A stretch of DNA of 64,000 nucleotides, taken from an uncultured Prevotella sp. Lineage in GTDB: Bacteria; Bacteroidota; Bacteroidia; Bacteroidales; Bacteroidaceae. The notes beneath the pieces were generated by a model, which did not search any database, had not been told where the DNA came from, and was given only the letters and a program-made list of their open reading frames with translations. Positions 31,758-40,432 of the stretch are shown in pieces. Made by a program: the position numbers and the translations under genes. The first letter of the stretch is position 1. Each line of letters starts with the position of its first letter. The stretch is taken from NCBI GenBank assembly GCA_946627325.1, contig CAMOVK010000001.1, positions 80,304 through 144,303 of the forward strand, given 5' to 3'.

Positions 31758-33230
31758 TTAATTATTGAATATCTCTGTAACTACTTCCTTATCGTCGAAA
31801 TGGTGCTTCACTCCCTGTATCTCCTGATAGTCCTCATGACCTTTTCCTGCAATTAGAATTACGTCGCCACGACTGGCAAGCATCACAGCTGTGCGTATCG
31901 CCTCACGACGATCTGTCACGATTAGAGTCTTCTTTCGCTGTTGAGGCGTTAACCCTGCAACCATGTCGTTGATAATTTCTTGAGGGTCTTCGAACCTCGG
32001 ATTGTCACTTGTGAGAATAAGTTTATCGCTCTGGCGAGCCGCCTCGGCTGCCATCAAAGGGCGCTTACCCTTGTCGCGATTACCTCCAGCACCACAGACA
32101 GTGATGATTTGCGGACGCTCAGCAGTGCCCCTAACACGGCTATCTACAACCTCGCCTATAGCAGAAAGCACATTGCTCAACGCATCGGGAGTATGAGCAT
32201 AATCGATAACTGCCGTTACTCCTTCCTTAGAATGAACGGGCTGCAATCTGCCACTGACACTCTTCAGTGTGCTCATCACTACCAACACATCGGCAGGAGA
32301 TTTACCTAAGCTGACAGCGGTACCATAAACAGCAAGCAGATTGCTTACATTGAACTTACCTATAAACTGCACTCCGACCTCTTGACCATTGATTTCGAGA
32401 TACATTCCTTCAAAGTGACACTCGAGAATGTGTGCCTTGAAATCCGCCATCTTACGCGTAGAGTAGGTTTTGACAATGGCTTTGGTGTTTTGAACCATGA
32501 ATACTCCGTTCTTATCGTCAGCGTTAATGATGGCGAAACTGCCCTTTGGCAACATGTCGAAAAACATCTTCTTGGCATCGCGATAAGCCTCAAAGGTCTT
32601 GTGATAGTCAAGGTGATCACGTGTAAGGTTGGTAAACACACCACCTGCAAATGTCAACCCGCCTATTCGCTGCTGGTGTATCGCGTGAGAGGAACACTCC
32701 ATAAAGGCATATTCACATCCGCGTTCCACCATCGAAGATAGTAGTTTGTTAAGTTCGATGGCGTCTGGCGTAGTATGATCGGCAGGTATAGCATCGTCGT
32801 CGATATAGTTGCAAACGGTTGAAAGCAGCCCACAATGATGTCCCATCTGTCGGAACATATTGAAGAGTAGGGTCGCTATCGTAGTTTTTCCGTTTGTCCC
32901 TGTCACACCGATTAATTTAAGATGCTTTGATGGATTGCCGTAAAATGTAGTGGCAAGAGTGCCTACAACGTCTTGAGTGGAATCCACCTTGACGTAGGTC
33001 ACATCGTCTTTCCGCATTTCAGGTATATCTTCGCAAACAATGGCGGCAGCTCCGTTGTTCTCGGCTTTATCGATAAACTGATGCCCATCAGTCATTGTTC
33101 CGCGCATTGCTACAAAGAGATGCCCCTTGTCTATGCGTCGAGAATCAATGTTTATGCCTGTTATTTCTCTATCGAGAGAACCAAATACGGCAATGGGATT
33201 GATTTTTCCTATGATTTGTTTAAGTGTCAT
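31758..33230 (-). CDS. murE: UDP-MurNAc-dipeptide--meso-DAP ligase
   Basis: [38 protein letters not shown]. Confidence 0.97.
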   Translation of the reverse strand: MTLKQIIGKINPIAVFGSLDREITGINIDSRRIDKGHLFVAMRGTMTDGHQFIDKAENNGAAAIVCEDIPEMRKDDVTYVKVDSTQDVVGTLATTFYGNPSKHLKLIGVTGTNGKTTIATLLFNMFRQMGHHCGLLSTVCNYIDDDAIPADHTTPDAIELNKLLSSMVERGCEYAFMECSSHAIHQQRIGGLTFAGGVFTNLTRDHLDYHKTFEAYRDAKKMFFDMLPKGSFAIINADDKNGVFMVQNTKAIVKTYSTRKMADFKAHILECHFEGMYLEINGQEVGVQFIGKFNVSNLLAVYGTAVSLGKSPADVLVVMSTLKSVSGRLQPVHSKEGVTAVIDYAHTPDALSNVLSAIGEVVDSRVRGTAERPQIITVCGAGGNRDKGKRPLMAAEAARQSDKLILTSDNPRFEDPQEIINDMVAGLTPQQRKKTLIVTDRREAIRTAVMLASRGDVILIAGKGHEDYQEIQGVKHHFDDKEVVTEIFNN

Positions 33231-33383
33231 TTGAAGTTATAGGATTATCGTTTATTAGTTTTTATGTTGCTCTTTCCAATCGTTGGTTTTGTTATTTGCT
33301 TTTATTTATTTTACTATTTGTTGTCTATACTTATATAATATAATAATGTACGCGAGAATGTTCAACTATTGTTTGGTGATGTT

Positions 33384-35525
33384 TTAACCCAATTCGAGTA
33401 TGCATTTTTCTCCTTTTTTTATTTTGTTTCCTGCGTTAATGCTTTGTCCTTTCACTTTTCCACGTCCCCTAATCAGCACCTTTACTCCGCGACTCTCTAT
33501 AATATATACTGCGTCGCGTGCTCCCATGCCCATCACATTGGGCATTATTTCATCACTACAATCGGATTTTTGGATTATTTTTATCGTTTTATTATTGTCA
33601 GCGACGGCTTCTCCCCATACGTTTTGCTCATCGTTCTTGTATCGACTCCGTCCGCCTTCTGTTTTAAATCCCAAAGAGGAAAGCACATAGTCGGCTGCGA
33701 GCATATTGCCTGTTTTCACTTCGGGCATCTTCAATTTGTCATGCACCTGTATGTCTGCGATGCTCTGTTTTATGTTTTGTGCCATGATTCCCTCTGCTAT
33801 TCGCTTTGCAACAGCGCCACTATGAAGTCCGCCCGATGCAGGTAAACCGCTTTTTTGTATGCAAACGATAACGCTATAGCGCGGTTTGTCTGCGGGGAAA
33901 TATCCTGCAAAACTTACTAAGTAACCTGTCTTTCCGCTGCTATTCCATATCTGTGCCGTTCCCGTTTTTCCAGCCATAGCGAATGCTTTAGGTCGAGCGG
34001 CTTTACCTGTTCCTTCGGTAACCACTTTTGCGAGCAATGTCTGTATGATTTTAAGTGTCTGATCTTTGCAGATTCTCTCTCTCATAACCTCTGGCTTTAT
34101 GCTATCGGTTACTTCTCCGTCCTTAATGATTTGCTTTATAAATCTTGGCTGCATCATTCTGCCGTTGTTTGCGATAGCATTGTAGAATGTAAGTGTTGAT
34201 ATTGGGGGCACTTGCGTTTCATATCCGATACTCATCCAGGGCAGTGCCGTTTTGCTCCAGTTGACGTATTGTTTGCCTTTTTTGTCTTTTTGTGGCATTC
34301 TTATTTTTGCTGGTGTTGCTCCGTTGATTGGTATCTGCAGGTTATCAGCCAGCCCAGTTTTATAAATTCCTTCTATGAAACGCTCTGGATTTGAGCCGTA
34401 GTATTTGTCGATGATATAGCTTATTCCTATGTTTGAACTGACCTTTAGAGCTTTTGCGAAGTTTATTGTTCCATATCCGCCTTTTCTCCAGTTGTGGTCT
34501 TTCATGTCTCTCCCGTGCATTTTCATTATTCCTCCGCCTGTATTTATGAGTGCGGTGGTGTCGCACACTCCGTCGTCGAGTGCAACCATCATTGAGGCTG
34601 TTTTGAACACAGAACCTGGTTCCATGAGGTCGCTGACAGCGTGGTTTCTTACTTCACGGTATTCTCCATCGCTGCATCGTTCGAGGTTTACTATGGCTTT
34701 CACATCTCCAGTTGTTACTTCCATAACGATAGCCACTCCTACATTTGCTCCTATGTCAACCAACATGTCTTCGAGGCATCGTCCTGCAAGGTCTTGCATG
34801 CCGACGTCGAGAGTTGTAACAATGTCTGATCCGTCAACGGGGTCTATGTCGGCTATATTAAGAAATACGTTTCTCACCTTTCTTCTGTGTTGCAATCCTG
34901 GTGTTCCACGTAGTAGTGAGTCGTAGAAGAGTTCGAGACCGTATCGTGCGGAGTCTTTTCCTGGATATAGGTCGCCTATGGTTCTGGAAGCCAAGTCGCC
35001 GAATGGTCGCTGACGTGCTGTGATGTCTTCAACGTGAAATCCGCCCCTGTATGGTGTAAGGTTGAATACTGGCAGTTTCTTTACACTCATGTATGTGTTG
35101 TAATCAACTCGTTTTGGCCAGATTTTCCAGTTCATGCTTTTCCTCTGGCGTCCTTCTTCGAGGTGGTCTTTGAATTCTTGTGCTGATTTTTCGGGAAAGA
35201 TTTTGTGTAGTCTTTCGCATATTACATCTACGCTGTCGCACCATAATGAGTCTTTCATTTCACCTCCTGCTTGAAAGTCCATATACAACACATACTTTGG
35301 CAGCGAGCTTGAGAGTAGTTGCATATCGCTGCTAAAGATATTTCCCCTTTGTGGTTTTATTCGTATTGAGTCAATCCTTTTTTGCTGTGCCACTGTCATC
35401 CAATAGTCGGCTTTTGCTGTCATTTTATGGAAAGCCTTAACGACCACAGCTACTGCTCCTATAGTTATCAGTACGGCTATGAGAGTGTAGCGTGGCATTA
35501 TTTTGTTGTAATTAAACTTACTCAT
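33384..35525 (-). CDS. ftsI: FtsI / class B penicillin-binding protein with PASTA domain
   Basis: EPGSVFK (SxxK), SSN, KTGTAQ; C-terminal MPNVMGM PASTA domain. Confidence 0.93.
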   Translation of the reverse strand: MSKFNYNKIMPRYTLIAVLITIGAVAVVVKAFHKMTAKADYWMTVAQQKRIDSIRIKPQRGNIFSSDMQLLSSSLPKYVLYMDFQAGGEMKDSLWCDSVDVICERLHKIFPEKSAQEFKDHLEEGRQRKSMNWKIWPKRVDYNTYMSVKKLPVFNLTPYRGGFHVEDITARQRPFGDLASRTIGDLYPGKDSARYGLELFYDSLLRGTPGLQHRRKVRNVFLNIADIDPVDGSDIVTTLDVGMQDLAGRCLEDMLVDIGANVGVAIVMEVTTGDVKAIVNLERCSDGEYREVRNHAVSDLMEPGSVFKTASMMVALDDGVCDTTALINTGGGIMKMHGRDMKDHNWRKGGYGTINFAKALKVSSNIGISYIIDKYYGSNPERFIEGIYKTGLADNLQIPINGATPAKIRMPQKDKKGKQYVNWSKTALPWMSIGYETQVPPISTLTFYNAIANNGRMMQPRFIKQIIKDGEVTDSIKPEVMRERICKDQTLKIIQTLLAKVVTEGTGKAARPKAFAMAGKTGTAQIWNSSGKTGYLVSFAGYFPADKPRYSVIVCIQKSGLPASGGLHSGAVAKRIAEGIMAQNIKQSIADIQVHDKLKMPEVKTGNMLAADYVLSSLGFKTEGGRSRYKNDEQNVWGEAVADNNKTIKIIQKSDCSDEIMPNVMGMGARDAVYIIESRGVKVLIRGRGKVKGQSINAGNKIKKGEKCILELG

Positions 35526-36105
35526 TTCCGATGTTAATTATGTATGGAGGTTGTTGTGATATTTTTAGTGTTGTGTCGTTGTTGTTTTTTAGTTGTTCGA
35601 GCACATTGCTTTCACGCGACAGTTCAGTCAGTTCGCTTGATATTGATAGTGCTTTATATCTTGAGTTGACCAGTTGTTGTTTGAGTCGGGCTATGTCGAT
35701 TTGTTTTTGCTGGCAGCTGTACCTGTTTGTCACGTAAACGATTGTGAACATAACTATTATCAGTATTAGCAGAATCTGTCTTCTAACGAGATGGGCTGAT
35801 AGTATATCACCACCGAGAATTTTTGCCAGAGTGAAGTATCTTGATGCAGGCTGCTCGTCTTCTCGTGCGTTTTCCTTTATGACATTCTTCAGTTCTTCGA
35901 GGTCTTGCTTTTTTTTCTCGTCGATTATTTCTTCTTGCGAACTTGCTTCCTCGTCGTTGGTTTCCGATGGTTGGCTGGTCATTTCGCTTGATTGCTGTTC
36001 GTTGTCTGCATCGACTTCAGTATTTTCGGCAGCACTCGTTTCGGTGTTGTCATCAGGAGTTTCCTTTAGGCTTTCGTCTTGATGTATGTCGTTTTCTATG
36101 TTCAT
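35518..36105 (-). CDS. ftsL: FtsL-like cell division protein with acidic N-terminal extension
   Basis: ILGGDIL plus TM helix plus coiled coil; between rsmH and ftsI. Confidence 0.8.
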   Translation of the reverse strand: MNIENDIHQDESLKETPDDNTETSAAENTEVDADNEQQSSEMTSQPSETNDEEASSQEEIIDEKKKQDLEELKNVIKENAREDEQPASRYFTLAKILGGDILSAHLVRRQILLILIIVMFTIVYVTNRYSCQQKQIDIARLKQQLVNSRYKALSISSELTELSRESNVLEQLKNNNDTTLKISQQPPYIINIGNE

Positions 36106-37022
36106 ATTTTTTCTGCTATTCTCAATTTCGCGCTTCTTGAGCGTGGATTTCGTTGTATTTCGTCGTCATCGGGCGTAATGACTTTGTTGTTTATCATTTT
36201 CAGCGGTGCTTGTCGGCGACCGTAGAAGTCGGTTTCGAGTTTTCCTTCTGCATTTCCCGAACGTATATAGTTTTTCACTATTCTGTCTTCGAGTGAGTGA
36301 TATGTAATGACCGACAATCGTCCTCCTGTCCGAAGCAGGTTTGTAGCTGCCTGCAGCATTTCCTTTAAGGCAGTCATTTCGTCGTTCACTTCTATTCTCA
36401 GTGCTTGAAACAATCGAGCGAGGTCTTTTTTTTCTCGGTCTTTTCCGATGTGCTTTTCGACTACTTGTGCGAGTTGTTGTGTGGTTTGTATTGTTGTTTT
36501 CTGTCTCTCTTGACAGATTGTTGCCGCCAGTCGGCGTGCTTGCCGAAGTTCGCCATAGAGGTAGAAGATGTCGGCGAGCTGTTGTTCAGAGTATCGATTC
36601 AGTATCTCTGCGGCAGTCATTCCTGCTCTTGCGTTCATGCGCATATCGAGTGGAGCGTCTTGCCTGAACGAGAAACCTCTACTGAAGTCGTCGAAGTGGT
36701 GCGATGACACTCCGAGGTCGGCTATCAGTCCGTCGATATATTCCTCTTCGTAGTAGCGCATCCAGTTGTGCAGATAGCGAAAGTTGGTACGCACAAAGAT
36801 AAAGTTGCCTTTTTTATTGCTAAACTTTGCATTTCGTTCTGCATCGGCGTCTTGGTCGAGACCGTAAAGTCTGCCTTCTGACGACAGGTTTTTCAGTATT
36901 TCCTGAGAGTGGCCACCGCCTCCAAAAGTGACGTCAACATAGACGCCCTCTGGCTTTATCGCTAACCCGTTGACGCTTTCTTTGAGCAGCACGGGCGTGT
37001 GGTAGATGTTGTCGTTAGTCAT
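36102..37022 (-). CDS. rsmH: 16S rRNA (C1402) N4-methyltransferase
   Basis: HTPVLL, DVTFGGGGHS, DLGVSS, PLDMRM, NPRSRSAKLR. Start set at the ATG at 37022, which overlaps the mraZ stop. Confidence 0.96.
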   Translation of the reverse strand: MTNDNIYHTPVLLKESVNGLAIKPEGVYVDVTFGGGGHSQEILKNLSSEGRLYGLDQDADAERNAKFSNKKGNFIFVRTNFRYLHNWMRYYEEEYIDGLIADLGVSSHHFDDFSRGFSFRQDAPLDMRMNARAGMTAAEILNRYSEQQLADIFYLYGELRQARRLAATICQERQKTTIQTTQQLAQVVEKHIGKDREKKDLARLFQALRIEVNDEMTALKEMLQAATNLLRTGGRLSVITYHSLEDRIVKNYIRSGNAEGKLETDFYGRRQAPLKMINNKVITPDDDEIQRNPRSRSAKLRIAEKI

Positions 37023-37482
37023 TTGCGGCTGGTTCGTTGCTGTCTGCCATGAGTTGTTCGATGGCATTGCTGAATTCATCGTCGCCGACAAATGGGGCTT
37101 CGGCATTCTGTTTACTCCATATCTCGATGGTGTTTCCCACACCGATGAATACAATCTCTTGCTCGATTTCAGCCATTGCGAGATAGCGTTTAGGTATGAG
37201 GAAACGTCCGTTACCATCGAGCGTGACCTCAATCGCTTCTCTAACAAATTGTCGGAAGATGTTTTGCTGGTGTTTGTTCCATCTATTCAGCCTACTGCGC
37301 AACGCATCTTCCTGCTCGTTCCAAACGCTTTGGGGATAGAGAACCAGACAGTTTTGAAAGATATCTTTTCTTAACATCAGACTCTCTTCGCCTGCTGTTT
37401 GCAGCACGCGGCGGAAAGTCGAGGGCAGAAAAGCTCTTCCCTTCGTATCTGTCTTGGCTTCTATGTTTCCGAGAAATCGCAT
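37015..37482 (-). CDS. mraZ: transcriptional regulator MraZ
   Basis: DTKGRAFLP, LDGNGRFLIP, IEIW; first gene of the dcw cluster. Confidence 0.95.
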   Translation of the reverse strand: MRFLGNIEAKTDTKGRAFLPSTFRRVLQTAGEESLMLRKDIFQNCLVLYPQSVWNEQEDALRSRLNRWNKHQQNIFRQFVREAIEVTLDGNGRFLIPKRYLAMAEIEQEIVFIGVGNTIEIWSKQNAEAPFVGDDEFSNAIEQLMADSNEPAAND

Positions 37483-37549
37483 TTTGAACGCTTAATTTTC
37501 AGTCGTTTTTTCAACTTTTGGGTTTACGCTACAAAATTATAAAATAATT

Positions 37550-37578
37550 CCCCACTTCCCACCACTTTTCTCCACTTT
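37550..37578 (-). promoter_or_regulatory. MraZ-binding direct repeats (dcw boxes)
   Basis: Minus strand AAAGTGGAGAAAAGTGGTGGGAAGTGGGG gives three GTGG boxes at 10-bp period, just upstream of the -7 box TAATTTTG (37532-37539). Confidence 0.8.
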
Positions 37579-37847
37579 ATTTTCATATTTTCTAAAATTT
37601 AACTTTCGTTTACTTTTCAACGAATTAACGAAACTTATTTTTACATATTCTCGCTCAAATCGATTGTTTTGTTAATATACCTTTTATTTGTTAAAAACGC
37701 AAGCTAAAAGAAACCTTATTTTTGAAAACTTCCAGAATAAACTCTTAAAAATAGCGATTTTTGACTCAGAAAGCCAAACGTCTGATTATCAACACTTAAG
37801 CTTTAGATATTGAAAAATCGCAGAATAAAGCGAGAGATATTAAACTG

Positions 37848-38001
37848 CAAAAGATACATCTTTCAAGGCGCAAAACCGACTTATTTGAATGTTGCCACAA
37901 GTGTTTTGACACCGAAAAATCATACTTTTCAAAACGAATACATATGCTTTCCGACTCGGCGAGCACGTATATTTAAGTCGAAAAGCATATCTTTTCGGCT
38001 A
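37848..38001. repeat. array 4: degenerate 22-bp units (4 recognisable, up to 7 in phase)
   Basis: From 37914: GAAAAATCATACTTTTCAAAAC / GAATACATATGCTTTCCGACTC / GGCGAGCACGTATATTTAAGTC / GAAAAGCATATCTTTTCGGCTA. Also CAAAAGATACATCTTTCAAGGC at 37848, exactly 66 bp earlier. Confidence 0.75.
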
Positions 38002-38213
38002 AACAGGGATTTATTTTCTCGTAGATTTGCAATTACATTGGAGTTTTCGATTTAACATTTGAGAATTGAAAAGGTGGTATTTGTTAAATTTTGCAAACGT
38101 TACAAATTGATTCAAAATCACGATTTATCACGTTTTTTACACAAAACTGCACAAGTGTTACAAAAATGTGAAGATTTTTTAGCGAAAAAATGTGAAATTT
38201 GAATAATAATACC

Positions 38214-38221
38214 TACATTTG
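38214..38221 (+). promoter_or_regulatory. Bacteroidetes -7 promoter box (TACATTTG)
   Basis: TAnnTTTG match upstream of the acyltransferase ATG at 38270. Confidence 0.55.
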
Positions 38222-38269
38222 CATGGTAATTTGCCTGAAAGGACATATACAAATATAAATATGTGAAAG

Positions 38270-39127
38270 ATGATAGACGTTAGTCAGAAAACAATTGATA
38301 TCGACGCCATACTACGCAGCAAGATGGGCAAAAACGCATCCCACGTACCAGGATTTCTCAAGCAATGGCTAAAGAAAATCATACACCAAGACGAGGTGAA
38401 CGAATTTCTTTGGGACAATAAAGACAAGACAGGCGTAGAATGGTTGTGGGCTGTTGTCAATTATCTTGATATGCATCTCGACGTAAAAGGCGAGGATAAC
38501 CTGCCCGATGCCACTGACGGACGTTTGTACACTTTCGTCTCTAACCATCCACTCGGAGGAATTGACGGAGTAGCTCTCGGCGCAGTCATAGGCTCGCATT
38601 ATGATGGACAATTCAAGTATCTTGTGAACGACCTGCTTATGAATCTGCCTGGACTGGCACCGCTCTGTATTCCTATAAACAAAACAGGTCACCAGAGTCG
38701 CAATTTCCCAGCAATGGTTGAAGCAGGATTTAATGCCAATAATCACATATTGATGTTTCCCGCAGGACTTTGCTCACGCAAAATAAACGGAAAAATAGAA
38801 GACCTCGAGTGGAAAAAAGCATTCGTCACAAAAAGCGTTGAGCATCAACGCGATGTAATTCCAATTCATTTCAGCGGACAAAACTCAAACAAATTCTACC
38901 GAATAGCAAACATCTGCAAACGACTGGGAATAAAATTCAACATTGCCATGTTATTCCTCGTAGATGAAATGTACAAAAACCGACACAAATCATTCACCAT
39001 AACCATAGGAAAACCCATATCGTGGGAAACATTTTCGAAAGAAAAAACACCGATGAAATGGGCAAATTTGGTAAAAAAACGAGTTTACCAACCAGACCTT
39101 TTAACTACCACCGCCCCACTCCATTGA
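38270..39127 (+). CDS. PlsC-family acyltransferase (GlsA/ChoB-like glycine-lipid O-acyltransferase)
   Basis: NHPLGGID (HX4D) and FPAG motifs; paired with the downstream GNAT gene, divergent from mraZ. Confidence 0.85.
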   Translation: MIDVSQKTIDIDAILRSKMGKNASHVPGFLKQWLKKIIHQDEVNEFLWDNKDKTGVEWLWAVVNYLDMHLDVKGEDNLPDATDGRLYTFVSNHPLGGIDGVALGAVIGSHYDGQFKYLVNDLLMNLPGLAPLCIPINKTGHQSRNFPAMVEAGFNANNHILMFPAGLCSRKINGKIEDLEWKKAFVTKSVEHQRDVIPIHFSGQNSNKFYRIANICKRLGIKFNIAMLFLVDEMYKNRHKSFTITIGKPISWETFSKEKTPMKWANLVKKRVYQPDLLTTTAPLH

Positions 39128-39294
39128 CAGCAATTCACCACACAGAAAACCTTAAAAAAGTCGTTGAACAAAACAACAAAAAACAACAAGGGCAAAACAG
39201 GAAATAAGAAACACTAAACATAACGAATAAATATCATCCCATATTCTCACCAAAAAAGGCAGATTGAGAATAGGATAACATACAAAATCGACCT

Positions 39295-40299
39295 ATGCAA
39301 CAGATAATTCCTCCCGTTGACAAAGCACTGCTCAGGCGCGAGCTAACAGCCGATAAGCAACTACGAATGACCAATAAGAGCAACAACGAAATCTACATCG
39401 TTGACTACCACAATGCACCAAACGTAGTAAGAGAAATAGGCCGCCAACGTGAGGAGGTGTTCAGAGCTGCCGGAGGAGGAACTGGAAAAGCTCTCGACCT
39501 CGACCAGTTCGACACGATGGAAAACTGCTACAAGCAACTCATCGTATGGAACCCAGAAGAAGAAGAAATTATCGGAGGATACAGATACAAAAAAGGAAAC
39601 GAGGTAGATTTCGATTCCGATGGGCAACCAATACTTGCCACAGGGCACATATTCCACTTTTCTGACGAATTCATCAAGGATTATCTGCCATGGACCATTG
39701 AACTCGCACGCTCATACGTCACACTACCATACCAAAGCTCGAAAATGGGCTCGAAAAGTCTATTTGCACTCGACAACCTATGGGACGGACTGGGAGCACT
39801 GACAGTAATAATGCCAGACGTAAAATACTTCTTCGGAAAAATGACGATGTACCCATCATACGTCAGAAAAGGAAGAGACATGATTTTATATTTCCTGCGA
39901 AAACATTTCAGCGACAAAGACCGACTGATAATACCGATGAAACCGCTGAAAATCGAAAGCGACGAAGAGGAACTCGAACAACTCTTCTGCGAAAACAGTT
40001 TCAAGGAAAACTACAAAATTCTAAACCGAGAAATACGCAACCTCGGAATAAATATCCCACCACTCGTTAATGCCTACATGGGATTAAGTCCAACAATGCG
40101 AATGTTCGGAACAGCCATCAACGACGGATTCGGCGACGTAGAAGAAACGGGAATACTCATAGCTGTTGACGAAATCCTTGAACAAAAACGCATACGACAT
40201 ATCGACTCATACATCAAAGAACATCCAGAAGCATTGCGCATAACATCAGGAGCAAACAAAATATTTTTCGAAGATAAACAAACTAAAAATATACAATAG
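39295..40299 (+). CDS. GNAT-family N-acyltransferase (GlsB/ChoA/OlsB-like, often annotated 'hemolysin')
   Basis: REEVFRAAGGGTG, D.FD, IIGGYR, ELARS, LWDGL, IPPLVNAY. Confidence 0.85.
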   Translation: MQQIIPPVDKALLRRELTADKQLRMTNKSNNEIYIVDYHNAPNVVREIGRQREEVFRAAGGGTGKALDLDQFDTMENCYKQLIVWNPEEEEIIGGYRYKKGNEVDFDSDGQPILATGHIFHFSDEFIKDYLPWTIELARSYVTLPYQSSKMGSKSLFALDNLWDGLGALTVIMPDVKYFFGKMTMYPSYVRKGRDMILYFLRKHFSDKDRLIIPMKPLKIESDEEELEQLFCENSFKENYKILNREIRNLGINIPPLVNAYMGLSPTMRMFGTAINDGFGDVEETGILIAVDEILEQKRIRHIDSYIKEHPEALRITSGANKIFFEDKQTKNIQ

Positions 40300-40432
40300 T
40301 TTGCACATTAGAAAAATATAACTATTTTTGCGAACGAATTTAGTAAACCTGATAGCCATACCGACACTAAAGGGGTTGAGTCAGTGTGGCATATCTACAA
40401 ACCAAACAAAAACCCCAATAAACAAAAACAAC

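Noticed and set aside
27828-33230. Horizontal transfer or inversion as the cause of different codon usage in ftsW-murE
   Set aside because: Gene order and orientation are the canonical dcw arrangement, there are no mobile-element scars, and the same alternation recurs across the window. Not formally excluded without phylogenies.
36102-37247. 381-aa extended RsmH in the ORF track
   Set aside because: The extension overlaps mraZ in another frame; the likely start is 37022.
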